A stretch of 64,000 nt of DNA from an uncultured delta proteobacterium (GTDB lineage Bacteria; Desulfobacterota; Desulfobacteria; Desulfobacterales; QNYZ01), in contig CAWJQU010000008.1 of NCBI GenBank assembly GCA_963845145.1, positions 416,001 to 480,000 of the forward strand, written 5' to 3'. The translations under genes were made by a program, and so were the position numbers. The notes under the pieces are model-generated. The model was not told the origin of the DNA and did not search any database. It saw only the letters and a program-made list of their open reading frames with translations. Numbering within the stretch: position 1 is the first letter of the stretch; each line of letters begins with the position of its first letter. Positions 10,938 to 19,720 of the stretch are shown piece after piece.

Positions 10938-11606
10938 ATGCGTTTACCCTTTTTATCCCTGTTCGTCACCTCACCTTTTGACGGATTGCAGGAACATGCC
11001 GAAAAAGTAGCCGAGTGCGCCCTCACTTTCCAGGAGGCCATGGAGTGCTATGGCGCCGAGAAATGCCATCGCTTTAGTGACTTAAGAGATGAAGTGAGTC
11101 AGTTGGAGAGCGATGCCGATGCCATTAAACGAAGAATCCGCGGCCACCTGCCCAAAGGCACCCTACTCCCGGTGGACAAGTTCCAACTATTTCGCTACCT
11201 GCGTGAACAGGATTCGGTGCTTGATACGGTGGAGGACGCTCTGGATTGGATTTCCTACCGTGAAGAGCCGGGAATCCCCGCGGAGCTGGAGAAAGACCTG
11301 CTTGTATTGGTCGATGCCGTGGTCAACCCCATCGAAGAGTTGAGTAAAATGGTGGCCGAAGCCCGCAAATATTTTAAAAATTACTCGGAAGAGCAGCGCA
11401 AGGTGGTTAAAGATATCATTACCACCCTTCGTCAGCAGGAACATGATGCCGACACGGCCGAAGATATCATTAAAAGGAAGGTGTTTGCGTTGGATACGGA
11501 CCCGATCACGGTTTTCCATACCGTCCGGCTGGTCGAAACCATCGGCGCTATTGCCGACCATGCCCAAAACGCCGGCGATATGATGCGCGCCATGGTGGCG
11601 AAATAG
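10938..11606 (+). CDS. DUF47/PhoU-like phosphate transport regulator
   Basis: SPFDGLQEH, E.DADAIKRRIR, IADHAQNAGD; coupled to pit. Confidence 0.88.
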   Translation: MRLPFLSLFVTSPFDGLQEHAEKVAECALTFQEAMECYGAEKCHRFSDLRDEVSQLESDADAIKRRIRGHLPKGTLLPVDKFQLFRYLREQDSVLDTVEDALDWISYREEPGIPAELEKDLLVLVDAVVNPIEELSKMVAEARKYFKNYSEEQRKVVKDIITTLRQQEHDADTAEDIIKRKVFALDTDPITVFHTVRLVETIGAIADHAQNAGDMMRAMVAK

Positions 11607-11645
11607 ACTGAGCTCACATTTCCAAATGGTGGTGGCGCATGTTCC

Positions 11646-11864
11646 CTATTCCGAAAAAAATGCCCACCACATGTACCACCCAAACGCAGCCGCTGTAATC
11701 AGGCTGAACAGGTAGGACTTCCAGTTAAACGGACGCTTGGCGATCCCCAGTTTATCCGCCTCTTTTATACGGGCGCCACAAGAGAAACATTCCGTAGCAT
11801 CGAAGGCGACATAGGTCATGCATTCCGGACATTTTTTCGTTTCGATATTCCGTTTTCCGGCCAT
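11646..11864 (-). CDS. Small zinc-ribbon membrane protein
   Basis: CPEC-x10-CFSC plus a C-terminal TM helix. Confidence 0.7.
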   Translation of the reverse strand: MAGKRNIETKKCPECMTYVAFDATECFSCGARIKEADKLGIAKRPFNWKSYLFSLITAAAFGWYMWWAFFSE

Positions 11865-11949
11865 ATCAGCTGCCTTAATTAATGGCTTCGTAATCCGCCT
11901 CTGCCGGACTGCGTTGCCACCCCTTTAAATGACTGTTTACGAAAATTCC

Positions 11950-13842
11950 TTAATTAAAAAATTCCATGTTCTTTGTAATCTTGCTATTGGCCTTTAAACG
12001 CGCCAAGAACGCATTGTAAAGGTTCATGGTTTTTTGGCTTTGCAACCGTTGAACAATCTCCTCTTTTTTGGCTTCGAATCCTTCGGGTTCGGGTGCTTTG
12101 CGCTCTTTTAACCGAATAAGGTAGTACCCCTTCTGACCTTTAACTGCTTTTTCGGTCAACGGGTTTGCTTCCGTCAATGCGAATGCGGCCTGGGATAGAT
12201 CGCGCTCGAAGCCGATATCGGGTATGGCCTCGCTGCGGTTAAACAAATCGGTCGTTTTTGAACTAAGCCCATGTTTTTTGGCCACGTCCACCCAGCCGTC
12301 CTTTTGGCTTAACTCACCCAATATTGTCTCGGCATCCGCTTTGGCCTTTTCATCCTGGCGCATTTTTTTCCAGTCGGCACTCACCTTGGCTTCTACCTCG
12401 GCCAAATCAGGGATCTTAGCCGGTTCTCTTTCCATCGGCTGAAGTACGTAGTAACTGTCCCCAATATCAATAATTTCGCTGATACTTGTCTCTTTTAATG
12501 CAAACGCCGCAGTGGCAAACTGGGTTCCACCGGCGCCGATCTCCTTAGGCCCCTGGCGGTCAAAAAAATCGGTGGATTGCACGGCTTGTTTTTTCTCGTC
12601 GGCAATCTGCTTAAGATCTTCATTTTCAAAAACACTGTCGTAAAAGATTTCGGCGGCATCATAAGCCAAAGCCCTGGCCTTTTCCCGGGAGAGGTTCTTT
12701 TTAATGCCTTCGGACGCCTCTGCAAGGGCTTTGCTGGTTTCAGGGTTGATCTTTTCCACTTTGATCAAGTGCCATCCGAAGCGCGTCCGCACCGGCTCAC
12801 TGATATCACCGGCCGCCATTGAAAAAGCTTTCTCTGAAAACGGCGCCACCATGTCTTCCTTTTTAAATGCGCCCAATAAACCGCCCCGCTCCTTGCTAGG
12901 CCCCTCGGAATGGGTTTTGGCCAGCTCGGCAAAATCCTCGCCGTCGCGGGCTTTTTTAAGCACATCCAGAATTTTCTGCCGGGCCGCTTCCACAGTGGCC
13001 TCATCGGCGTCATTGGCAACGTTAACCAGGATATGCCGGGCCTCAACGGTTTTAGGGGTTTTGAATTCCTCGGTGTGGGTGTCAAAGTAGTCCCGGATTT
13101 CGTCTTCCAGGACATCCACCTGATCCATATAGTCTTTGGGGATAAACCGCACATAACGAACTTTTATTTTCGGTTCGGTTTTGTACCCTTCTTTTCGTTC
13201 TTCATAAAAAGGCTTCAAATCTTCCGACGTCGGTGTAATGTCTGTGTATTTTTCGGGCGCCACCAAAAGGTAATCGATCGACACGCGGGCATCCTGGTAT
13301 TCATAAGTTTTACGGGCTTCCAGATCGGATACCTTGACATTACCGGCCACGAACGCGCGTAATTTCTCAATAATGATCGTTTCACGCTGATCCTGCTCAA
13401 ACCCTTCCGGGCTCATGCGCAAACTGTTTAAAATCCGCTGGTAAAGGTCATTATCGAACCGCCCCTCCCGCTGAAAAGCCGGAATACTTTGAATCGTATC
13501 GACCAATTCTTCCTCAGAGATTCTAAACCCGAGACGATTCGCTTCGGCCAGCATCAGGCGTCGATTAACGATTCCGTCCAATGCCTGTTCTTTCACCTGA
13601 AACATCTGAATCATCTCATCGGTCACGTCATTGCCGATCTGCTGCTTCAATCGGTCCAACATATTGTTATAAGCCCGATTGTATTCGTCATAGGTAATCG
13701 GCATTCCGTCCACCTGAGCCACCACCGCTCCCTGCCGGTCCTGAAAACTCCCCACGCCCCAAAACATAAAAACAACCACAATGAGGGCCAGAAGCACCTT
13801 GATCATCCATGAACCGGCCTTTTTACGCATTAAATTGAGCAT
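11950..13842 (-). CDS. ppiD: PpiD-like SurA/parvulin periplasmic chaperone
   Basis: N-terminal anchor FMFWGV, ARHILV, FAELAKTHSEGPS..RGG.LG, SEPVRTRFGWHLIK. Confidence 0.88.
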   Translation of the reverse strand: MLNLMRKKAGSWMIKVLLALIVVVFMFWGVGSFQDRQGAVVAQVDGMPITYDEYNRAYNNMLDRLKQQIGNDVTDEMIQMFQVKEQALDGIVNRRLMLAEANRLGFRISEEELVDTIQSIPAFQREGRFDNDLYQRILNSLRMSPEGFEQDQRETIIIEKLRAFVAGNVKVSDLEARKTYEYQDARVSIDYLLVAPEKYTDITPTSEDLKPFYEERKEGYKTEPKIKVRYVRFIPKDYMDQVDVLEDEIRDYFDTHTEEFKTPKTVEARHILVNVANDADEATVEAARQKILDVLKKARDGEDFAELAKTHSEGPSKERGGLLGAFKKEDMVAPFSEKAFSMAAGDISEPVRTRFGWHLIKVEKINPETSKALAEASEGIKKNLSREKARALAYDAAEIFYDSVFENEDLKQIADEKKQAVQSTDFFDRQGPKEIGAGGTQFATAAFALKETSISEIIDIGDSYYVLQPMEREPAKIPDLAEVEAKVSADWKKMRQDEKAKADAETILGELSQKDGWVDVAKKHGLSSKTTDLFNRSEAIPDIGFERDLSQAAFALTEANPLTEKAVKGQKGYYLIRLKERKAPEPEGFEAKKEEIVQRLQSQKTMNLYNAFLARLKANSKITKNMEFFN

Positions 13843-14082
13843 CGATCCCCTTCCCGTATGTGTCTGACCCTATCCAAGCAACCGTATTATCTTTTCAAAC
13901 TGTTGAAAATATTTTAGGTTACTGTTTTTGTCAACAACCGATCCAATATATTACCGGATAATGGATAGAAATATATATGGTGGGCTCCTGCGGGCCGGAT
14001 AAAACGGGCGCTTTGCCAGCAAACGGATCATCTTTACGAGGCAACTTGTTAATGCATTTAAAAATTTGGGTGGAATGATTCG

Positions 14083-14478
14083 ATGGAAAATGAGAAACGA
14101 ACCGTAAAAATTGAAAAACTGGATGGGTTTACCGATGACCGTGGGGTGGTGTTTAACCCGATCGAAATATCCACCTTAATAAATCAAAAAAATATGCACG
14201 TCGTGTCCAGTGTGCCTGGTGCGATTCGTGGCAATCACTACCACCCCAAAGGCACCGAAACCCTGGTCATCCTGGGCCCGGCCAGGGTCCGGGTTCGGGA
14301 ACAAAACGCCCTGCGCGATATCGACATTCCGGATAGGTCCGTTTATCGCCTGACCATTCCGCCGGGAATATCCCACGCCGTCACCCACACCGGAACCGAA
14401 AAAGGTATTCTGGTATCGTTTAGTACCATCGCTTACGATCCTGCCGATCCGGACGTGGTTCAGGATTTGTTATTTTAA
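14083..14478 (+). CDS. Cupin protein (FdtA/WxcM-like sugar isomerase fold)
   Basis: DDRG, RGNHYH, IPPGISHAV. Confidence 0.7.
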   Translation: MENEKRTVKIEKLDGFTDDRGVVFNPIEISTLINQKNMHVVSSVPGAIRGNHYHPKGTETLVILGPARVRVREQNALRDIDIPDRSVYRLTIPPGISHAVTHTGTEKGILVSFSTIAYDPADPDVVQDLLF

Positions 14479-14489
14479 ATCCGCCGGCT

Positions 14490-14781
14490 TTAAGATAATG
14501 TATCCAGCGGAGAGACCGTGTTTTCCAAGCTGCTGTCCATCACATGGGTATAGATCTCGGTGGTTTTGACATCCGCATGGCCCATCAGTTTCTGCACCAC
14601 GCGGATATTGACGCCGTTTTCCAATAGATGGGTGGCCCTCCAAAGGCGGGTAAACTACGCCGTGACGTAGCGTATGGCAACCGGCTTTTTTATAAATTTT
14701 TGCCTGGGTCAATGCCCGTTTGACTGCCTTTTGAAGGCCCGATTCCTGAACATGGTGCCGTCTGATCTTGCCTGATCAAGG
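14490..14781 (-). pseudogene. intI: Integron integrase, 3' remnant (5'-truncated, internal frameshifting insertion)
   Basis: Minus strand reads P*SGKIRRHHVQESGLQKAVKRA..CHTLRH / [50 protein letters not shown] is the integron-specific segment; divergent from an attC array. Confidence 0.9.
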
Positions 14782-14883
14782 TTAAAGTAAGTAAAACCAG
14801 GAAAGTAAATATAAAATTACAATACGTTACGTTGTTTGGTCTGATTTGATACTGTAAACTGATTGTTCTGATCTCTATTCCTG

Positions 14884-15861
14884 ATGATGAGGTATTGCGT
14901 GCACTGCGGTCAAAGCCTTCTTGCTGAGCAAAATGACGTGGCTGATGTCTTCCGACCATACGGGGCTGTATATCGGGACCAGCATAAACTGACCCTAACG
15001 CAATACCGGGTGATGAGCGCTATTGAAAGCTGCCGCACTCCGGCTTTCGGCTATCACCTAGATCAATGCAATGATTGCGGCCATATCGAAAAAATATTTG
15101 TTTTACATACCTGGGGACAAACCCTTTGGCCCCATCCTCACATTCATTTTATCGTTCCCGGTGGCGCCCTGACCAAAGACAACCAATGGGTTGAGCCACT
15201 GTTTAGAGATCGCTTTTTATTTCCAGTACGCGCCCTTTCTAAGGTGTTTCGGGGAAAATTCATCGAAGGCTTGAAGAGCGCGTATCAAAAGGGTGATCTG
15301 AAATTTCCAACCGAAGATATTAATTTGACTTGTCCCAAGGAGTTTGATCGATGGCTCGATGGCCTGGTTTCCAAAAAATGGGTGCTCTATTGCAAGCGGC
15401 CATTTAAAGATGCCCGACAGGTCCTTCGCTATATCGGCCGATATACCCACCGAGTGGCTATCAGCAATAACCGTATATTTAAAACAAATATCGGTGTGGT
15501 CGGATTTCAGTATAAAGACTATAAGTCGTTTAAAAGCGGGTCGAGCTTGAGGAAAACCATGGTGTTGACGGCAACCGAGTTTGTCCGCCGTTTTTTATGG
15601 CATATGCTTCCATCGGGATTTTATAAGATTCGACATTACGGATTCCTGGCCAATGGTTGTCGAATAGCCGTTATCCGTCGCATTAAATCGCTTTTGAACG
15701 CTAACGAAGAGGTTATTGAAGAAAAGAGCATCTATCAGCAGTTGTGTTCAAAATGCAAAACGGGAGTTTTAAGCACCGTATGTACACTATTACGTGTTAA
15801 AGACCGATTTAAGCTGATCGGTCGTATACCCAAAATCCAGTTTCAATTTGACAGTTCATAG
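14884..15861 (+). mobile_element. IS91-like (Y2/HUH rolling-circle) transposase, probably with an in-frame internal deletion
   Basis: VADVFR, CRTPAFG..CNDCGH, LHTWGQ..HPHIH (HUH), YIGRYTHR (Y2), F.KIRHYGFL; the SCRNRHCPKC..HVVFTLP block expected in this family is absent between CGH and LHTWGQ. Confidence 0.85.
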
Positions 15862-15935
15862 GATGATAAATCAGGATGACTCAAAACCAGTGTACTTTAC
15901 ACCCTATATAATGGGTCAAATGATAAAACGTAAAA

Positions 15936-16065
15936 CTTGAACCAGCCGTTCAAGCGGACAAACTGGCTACCGAGACATATCGTTCTTGCATGGCTGGCAT
16001 GGACAAAAAATACTTACATGTCTTATTTTTTTTAACCCGTTTGCCGCTTAACTCAATCGTTAGCT
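15936..16065 (+). other. attC site 1 (130 bp)
   Basis: R'' CTTGAAC, L'' TCAAGCGGACAAAC pairing with L' GTTTGCCGCTTAA, R' GTTAGCT. Confidence 0.8.
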
Positions 16066-16073
16066 ATCAAAAA

Positions 16074-16628
16074 ATGATTGAATTTCAAAGTAAAAGATTA
16101 ATAATTCGAGATCATGTAATGTCTGATCTTGAAGAAATGCATGAGTGGATATCGAATTCTGAAACAATGAGATTCATAAGTTGGAAGACGAATTCTATTC
16201 AAGAAACGTCTAAGCAGCTTCGAGAAAGTATTCAAGCCATAGCTCATGCTAAAAGAAAAATATTTAATTTTGCTATAGTTCTGAAAGACCAAAAAAGAAT
16301 TATTGGAGATGTTGGTTTTACTATTCTAAATCAAATTAATAGTAGTGGAATTGCTGATTGTGGCTATTTTCTTAACAAAAACTTTTGGGGCAATGGATAC
16401 GCTACAGAAGCATATCAAACCATGATTGAATATGTGTTTACTGAATTAAATTTACACAAATTAACAGCAGGTTGCATTATTTGTAATGAAGCTTCTCAAA
16501 ACGTGATGAGGAAATGTAATATGATTCAAGAAGCTAAATTAAAACAGCATCAATATTATAATGGTAAATGGTATGATCGTTTACTTTATGGACTACTTAA
16601 AAAAGATTGGGACAAATTAATCAAGTAA
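16074..16628 (+). CDS. RimJ/RimL-family GNAT N-acetyltransferase (integron cassette)
   Basis: GYFLNKNFWGNGYATEA, NEASQNVMRKC; AT-rich; start placed just after attC1. Confidence 0.88.
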   Translation: MIEFQSKRLIIRDHVMSDLEEMHEWISNSETMRFISWKTNSIQETSKQLRESIQAIAHAKRKIFNFAIVLKDQKRIIGDVGFTILNQINSSGIADCGYFLNKNFWGNGYATEAYQTMIEYVFTELNLHKLTAGCIICNEASQNVMRKCNMIQEAKLKQHQYYNGKWYDRLLYGLLKKDWDKLIK

Positions 16629-16631
16629 ATT

Positions 16632-16695
16632 AGATAACATATGTGTTCAGTGGAATTTTCGCTGCGCTCAAAATCCACTGACACCAGCGTTATGC
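16632..16695 (+). other. attC site 2 (64 bp)
   Basis: R'' AGATAAC (6/7 complement of the cassette start GTTAGCT), TCAGTGGAATTTT/AAAATCCACTGA stem, R' GTTATGC. Confidence 0.9.
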
Positions 16696-16710
16696 TATCA
16701 AGGAACAGAA

Positions 16711-17904
16711 ATGAATAAAAAAGAATTACTTCAAATTGCAGATACAACACTGCTCAAGGTAACAGAAAGGCCAGGAATCGTAATGCACAGGGGGGAAGGC
16801 CTGCATCTTTTTGACACCGAGGGTAATCAGTATTTAGATTTCATCGGCGGTTGGGCGGTAAACTGTTTAGGCCACTGCCCCAAAGCAATTTCTGATGTTC
16901 TTGCTGAACAGCCCCGCCGCCTGATTAACGCCAGTCCTTCTTTTTACAATTTACCCATGCTGGAATATGCGGATTTATTGATTCAAAACTGTTGTTTTGA
17001 GCGTGTTTTTTTTACATCTACCGGCGCAGAGGCAAATGAAGGAGCAATAAAGCTGGCCAGAAAATACGGTGCTAAACACAAGGGCGGTGCTGCTGAAATT
17101 ATCACCACTCATCACGGATTTCATGGCAGAACGCTCACGACCATGTCGGCAACGGGAAAAACACAATGGGATGATTTATTTGAGCCGAAAACTAAAGGCT
17201 TTGTGAAAACGATTTTTAATAATTTCGAGTCCGCCAAAAAATCGGTAACTGAAAAAACTTGCGCAATCATGATTGAACCAATCCAGGGCGAAGGAGGTGT
17301 GAACGTTTCCACTGCCGATTATGTAAAAAACCTACGTGATCTATGCAGCCAGGAAAACATTCTTCTCATATTTGATGAAATACAGACTGGAATGGGAAGA
17401 ACCGGGAAGTTGTTTTGCTATGAGCATTATGGCATCGAACCGGACATCATGACGCTTGGGAAGGGAATCGGAGGCGGTTTCCCGCTATCAGCACTGCTCG
17501 CCAAAGAGTACCTGAATATTTTTGAGCCCGGTGATCAAGGCGGAACTTATACGGCTCAACCACTGGCCATGTCAGTCGGCCTGGCAGTCCTAAAAGAGTT
17601 GATAGGCCAAGGGGTGGTTGCTCACTGCGAAAAAATGGGCGGCATCATCATGCGGAGACTGCTGAAATTATCCGAAACCTTTGAAATTGAGAATATCAGG
17701 GGAAAAGGGTTATTGATCGCATTTGATTTAATGGAAACAAAAGGGTCTGACTTGGTAAACAAATGCCTCAATGAAAAGCTTCTGATTAATTCACCAAAAG
17801 AAAGGGCAATTCGGCTCATGCCACCGCTCGTGGTGAATGAGAACGAAATTGAGGAAATGTTGATGATTCTAAAAAACAATCTTGCCGAGAAAAAAATGGC
17901 ATAA
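16711..17904 (+). CDS. argD: Acetylornithine aminotransferase-like class III PLP enzyme (integron cassette)
   Basis: GAEANEGAIKLARK, FHGRT, EPIQGEGG, DEIQTGMGRTG, TLGKGIGGG; stop codon lies inside attC3 R''. Confidence 0.85.
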   Translation: MNKKELLQIADTTLLKVTERPGIVMHRGEGLHLFDTEGNQYLDFIGGWAVNCLGHCPKAISDVLAEQPRRLINASPSFYNLPMLEYADLLIQNCCFERVFFTSTGAEANEGAIKLARKYGAKHKGGAAEIITTHHGFHGRTLTTMSATGKTQWDDLFEPKTKGFVKTIFNNFESAKKSVTEKTCAIMIEPIQGEGGVNVSTADYVKNLRDLCSQENILLIFDEIQTGMGRTGKLFCYEHYGIEPDIMTLGKGIGGGFPLSALLAKEYLNIFEPGDQGGTYTAQPLAMSVGLAVLKELIGQGVVAHCEKMGGIIMRRLLKLSETFEIENIRGKGLLIAFDLMETKGSDLVNKCLNEKLLINSPKERAIRLMPPLVVNENEIEEMLMILKNNLAEKKMA

Positions 17905-17961
17905 CCATGCTGCTGCAAGGGACGCGCAAAAAGCCGCGCGCCCCTGAGCAGCCCGTTCTGT
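17899..17961 (+). other. attC site 3 (63 bp)
   Basis: R'' GCATAAC is the exact complement of the cassette start GTTATGC; TGCTGCAAGGGACGCGC/GCGCGCCCCTGAGCA stem; R' GTTCTGT. Confidence 0.92.
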
Positions 17962-17968
17962 TTTAAAA

Positions 17969-18100
17969 ATATATGTTCTGGAAATTGAAAACTATGCCTT
18001 TATCGTACCCTTTGTAGAAAATGATAAAGAAATATTTCTCAAAACAGCCTTTCCAAACCGTAAATAAACAAAAAAATACGGTTTAAAGGGGGAACGATGA
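17969..18100 (+). pseudogene. Toxin remnant (BrnT-like), 5'-deleted with a premature stop
   Basis: IYVLEIENYAFIVPFVENDKEIFLKTAFPNRK*TKKYGLKGER*; overlaps the antitoxin start (ATGA). Confidence 0.7.
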
Positions 18101-18393
18101 AAAAAATAAATAAAAAAGCATTTAAACCAATTGATCAGGAAGAAAAAGATCTGATGGAATCAATTGAGAGAGATGAGTGGGAACCTGTTAAAAAACTTGA
18201 TCAGGAAAAAGAAAAGGCAGTCTCAGCTGCTCGAAATACCTTAAAAAAAGATAAACGCATAAACCTTCGGCTTACTCAAAAGGATTATCATCAGATTCAA
18301 ATAAAAGCGATTGAAGAAGGTATACCATATCAAACACTTATCTCTATTCTTGTACACAAGTACCTGAATGGTTCATTATCTCCTAAATTATAA
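18097..18393 (+). CDS. CopG/RHH-type antitoxin
   Basis: KKDKRINLRL..D...IQIKAIEEGIPYQTLISILVHKY. Confidence 0.85.
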   Translation: MKKINKKAFKPIDQEEKDLMESIERDEWEPVKKLDQEKEKAVSAARNTLKKDKRINLRLTQKDYHQIQIKAIEEGIPYQTLISILVHKYLNGSLSPKL

Positions 18394-18397
18394 AAAC

Positions 18398-18453
18398 ACA
18401 GAATAATTGGCGTCACAATCTTACGAAGGGCTGGAGCGAAGTGTGATTACGCC
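18398..18453 (+). other. Degenerate attC site 4
   Basis: ACAGAAT (6/7 complement of the cassette start GTTCTGT) right after the antitoxin stop; partial GGCGTCACA/TGTGATTACGCC stem; no R' GTT. Confidence 0.45.
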
Positions 18454-18540
18454 CATCACCATCTTGGAAAATCCATGATGCATTTTGGAAAAACGACCAT
18501 TCACGCCGTCGGGATACCGTCCAGGATTGTCCGCACTCGA

Positions 18541-18930
18541 ATGGCGGGCTTGAGAAAGCATCCTGTTTGGCGGATCTGCTGGTGGATATTGTGGATTTTG
18601 ATCCTGTGGGACGTTTACCTGGCGCTGGACCGGGTAGAAGGCAATACCTGGAGTGAGGTGATGCGATCAGCGGGTGAGAACTACCCGATTCTCCCCTGGA
18701 TTCTGGGCGCCTTTCTAACCCACCTTTTTCATCCTAAAGACGACCTCCAGCCGATTATTGAAGCCGACGCGGCCAAAACCGTGATGGTGACATTGACGCT
18801 TTTTCTTTTTGCGCTCGGTTGGCTGGGACCGCCGTTGAACGGATGGCAGGTAACCTTAACCACCCTGCTTGGAATGACGGCAGCCTGTCTGCTATGGCCA
18901 AAGCACCGTCTGGCGGAGTGGCACTGGTAA
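18541..18930 (+). CDS. Hypothetical multi-TM membrane protein (alternative start 18475)
   Basis: Hydrophobic segments; D-x5-D-x-V-x-x-NT and HLFHP motifs. Confidence 0.7.
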   Translation: MAGLRKHPVWRICWWILWILILWDVYLALDRVEGNTWSEVMRSAGENYPILPWILGAFLTHLFHPKDDLQPIIEADAAKTVMVTLTLFLFALGWLGPPLNGWQVTLTTLLGMTAACLLWPKHRLAEWHW

Positions 18931-19418
18931 TGGATGCCATCGCATTTTTATCACTAACGCCGGTCCAGGCCCAAACCGTTGGCTTTTATGTCATCGTTAT
19001 CATTGTGATGCTCGACTTGATCGCGTCGTCTGACCAAGTGCCCTTGAATACGCCCCGCGACTGGATACTCTGGCTCACCCAATGGAAAAGTTTAGGGTTG
19101 TGGAACCCCCGAGCTCGGGAGAAAGTGAAAAGGTTCGGTCGCACGTCGTCGCGCTTTAATCCCTTTAATTATCTGCCCGTAACCGGCGCTTTTATTCCTT
19201 TCATGTTCGCCGTTTTAATCGGACACTTTTTCCATCCCGGCCTCGACCCATTCATTGGCCCTGGCGAATTCGCAGGTATGGGGATAACCGTCGCAATAGG
19301 GGTTGTGGTGGCGGTGATGACATATTTTGATCGCCTGGGCCAAGGTCGGAACATCGTTTTTGCGATTTCGGCCTCCGGCCTTATCTGCGGGGCTCTGGTA
19401 TGGCCTGTATCAGGGTAA
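18930..19418 (+). CDS. Hypothetical multi-TM membrane protein, likely paralog of the upstream ORF
   Basis: TAATG coupling; D-x5-D-x-V-x-x-NT and HFFHP motifs. Confidence 0.7.
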   Translation: MDAIAFLSLTPVQAQTVGFYVIVIIVMLDLIASSDQVPLNTPRDWILWLTQWKSLGLWNPRAREKVKRFGRTSSRFNPFNYLPVTGAFIPFMFAVLIGHFFHPGLDPFIGPGEFAGMGITVAIGVVVAVMTYFDRLGQGRNIVFAISASGLICGALVWPVSG

Positions 19419-19720
19419 GGGGGCATTGATCAATGCACGGTGTTCGATACCACAGACCCGCACTGCCTGCCGTTTAAAAGCGCTGCAAAAGAATTAGTCG
19501 CTTTAAAAACATGACTTGATCTATCTTTTTTTTGGATTTTCAGCTACAATTTGGTCAATATTCTTCAGTCAGAATATTTTCGGTCATTGACCCGATTGGC
19601 AATTCCGTTTACATCTATTCCGATCGTGAACCATCAGAGGAATTTAAACCATTTTTCAAGGGATTGACGGGTCATTATTCGCCATTAATTTTTATAACAA
19701 AATCAATTGGGAGAACCAAT

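Noticed and set aside
253..13812. Many overlapping antisense or alternate-frame ORFs (e.g. 402-1070, 610-1197, 9751-10332)
   Set aside because: They are shadows of well-supported genes and have no recognisable motifs.
14470..14959. Track ORFs 14470-14712 and 14690-14959 as genes
   Set aside because: They are partial or off-frame readings of the intI remnant and its flank.
15990..16073. N-terminal extension of the GNAT ORF given in the track
   Set aside because: It lies inside attC1; the ATG at 16074 just after R' fits cassette architecture.
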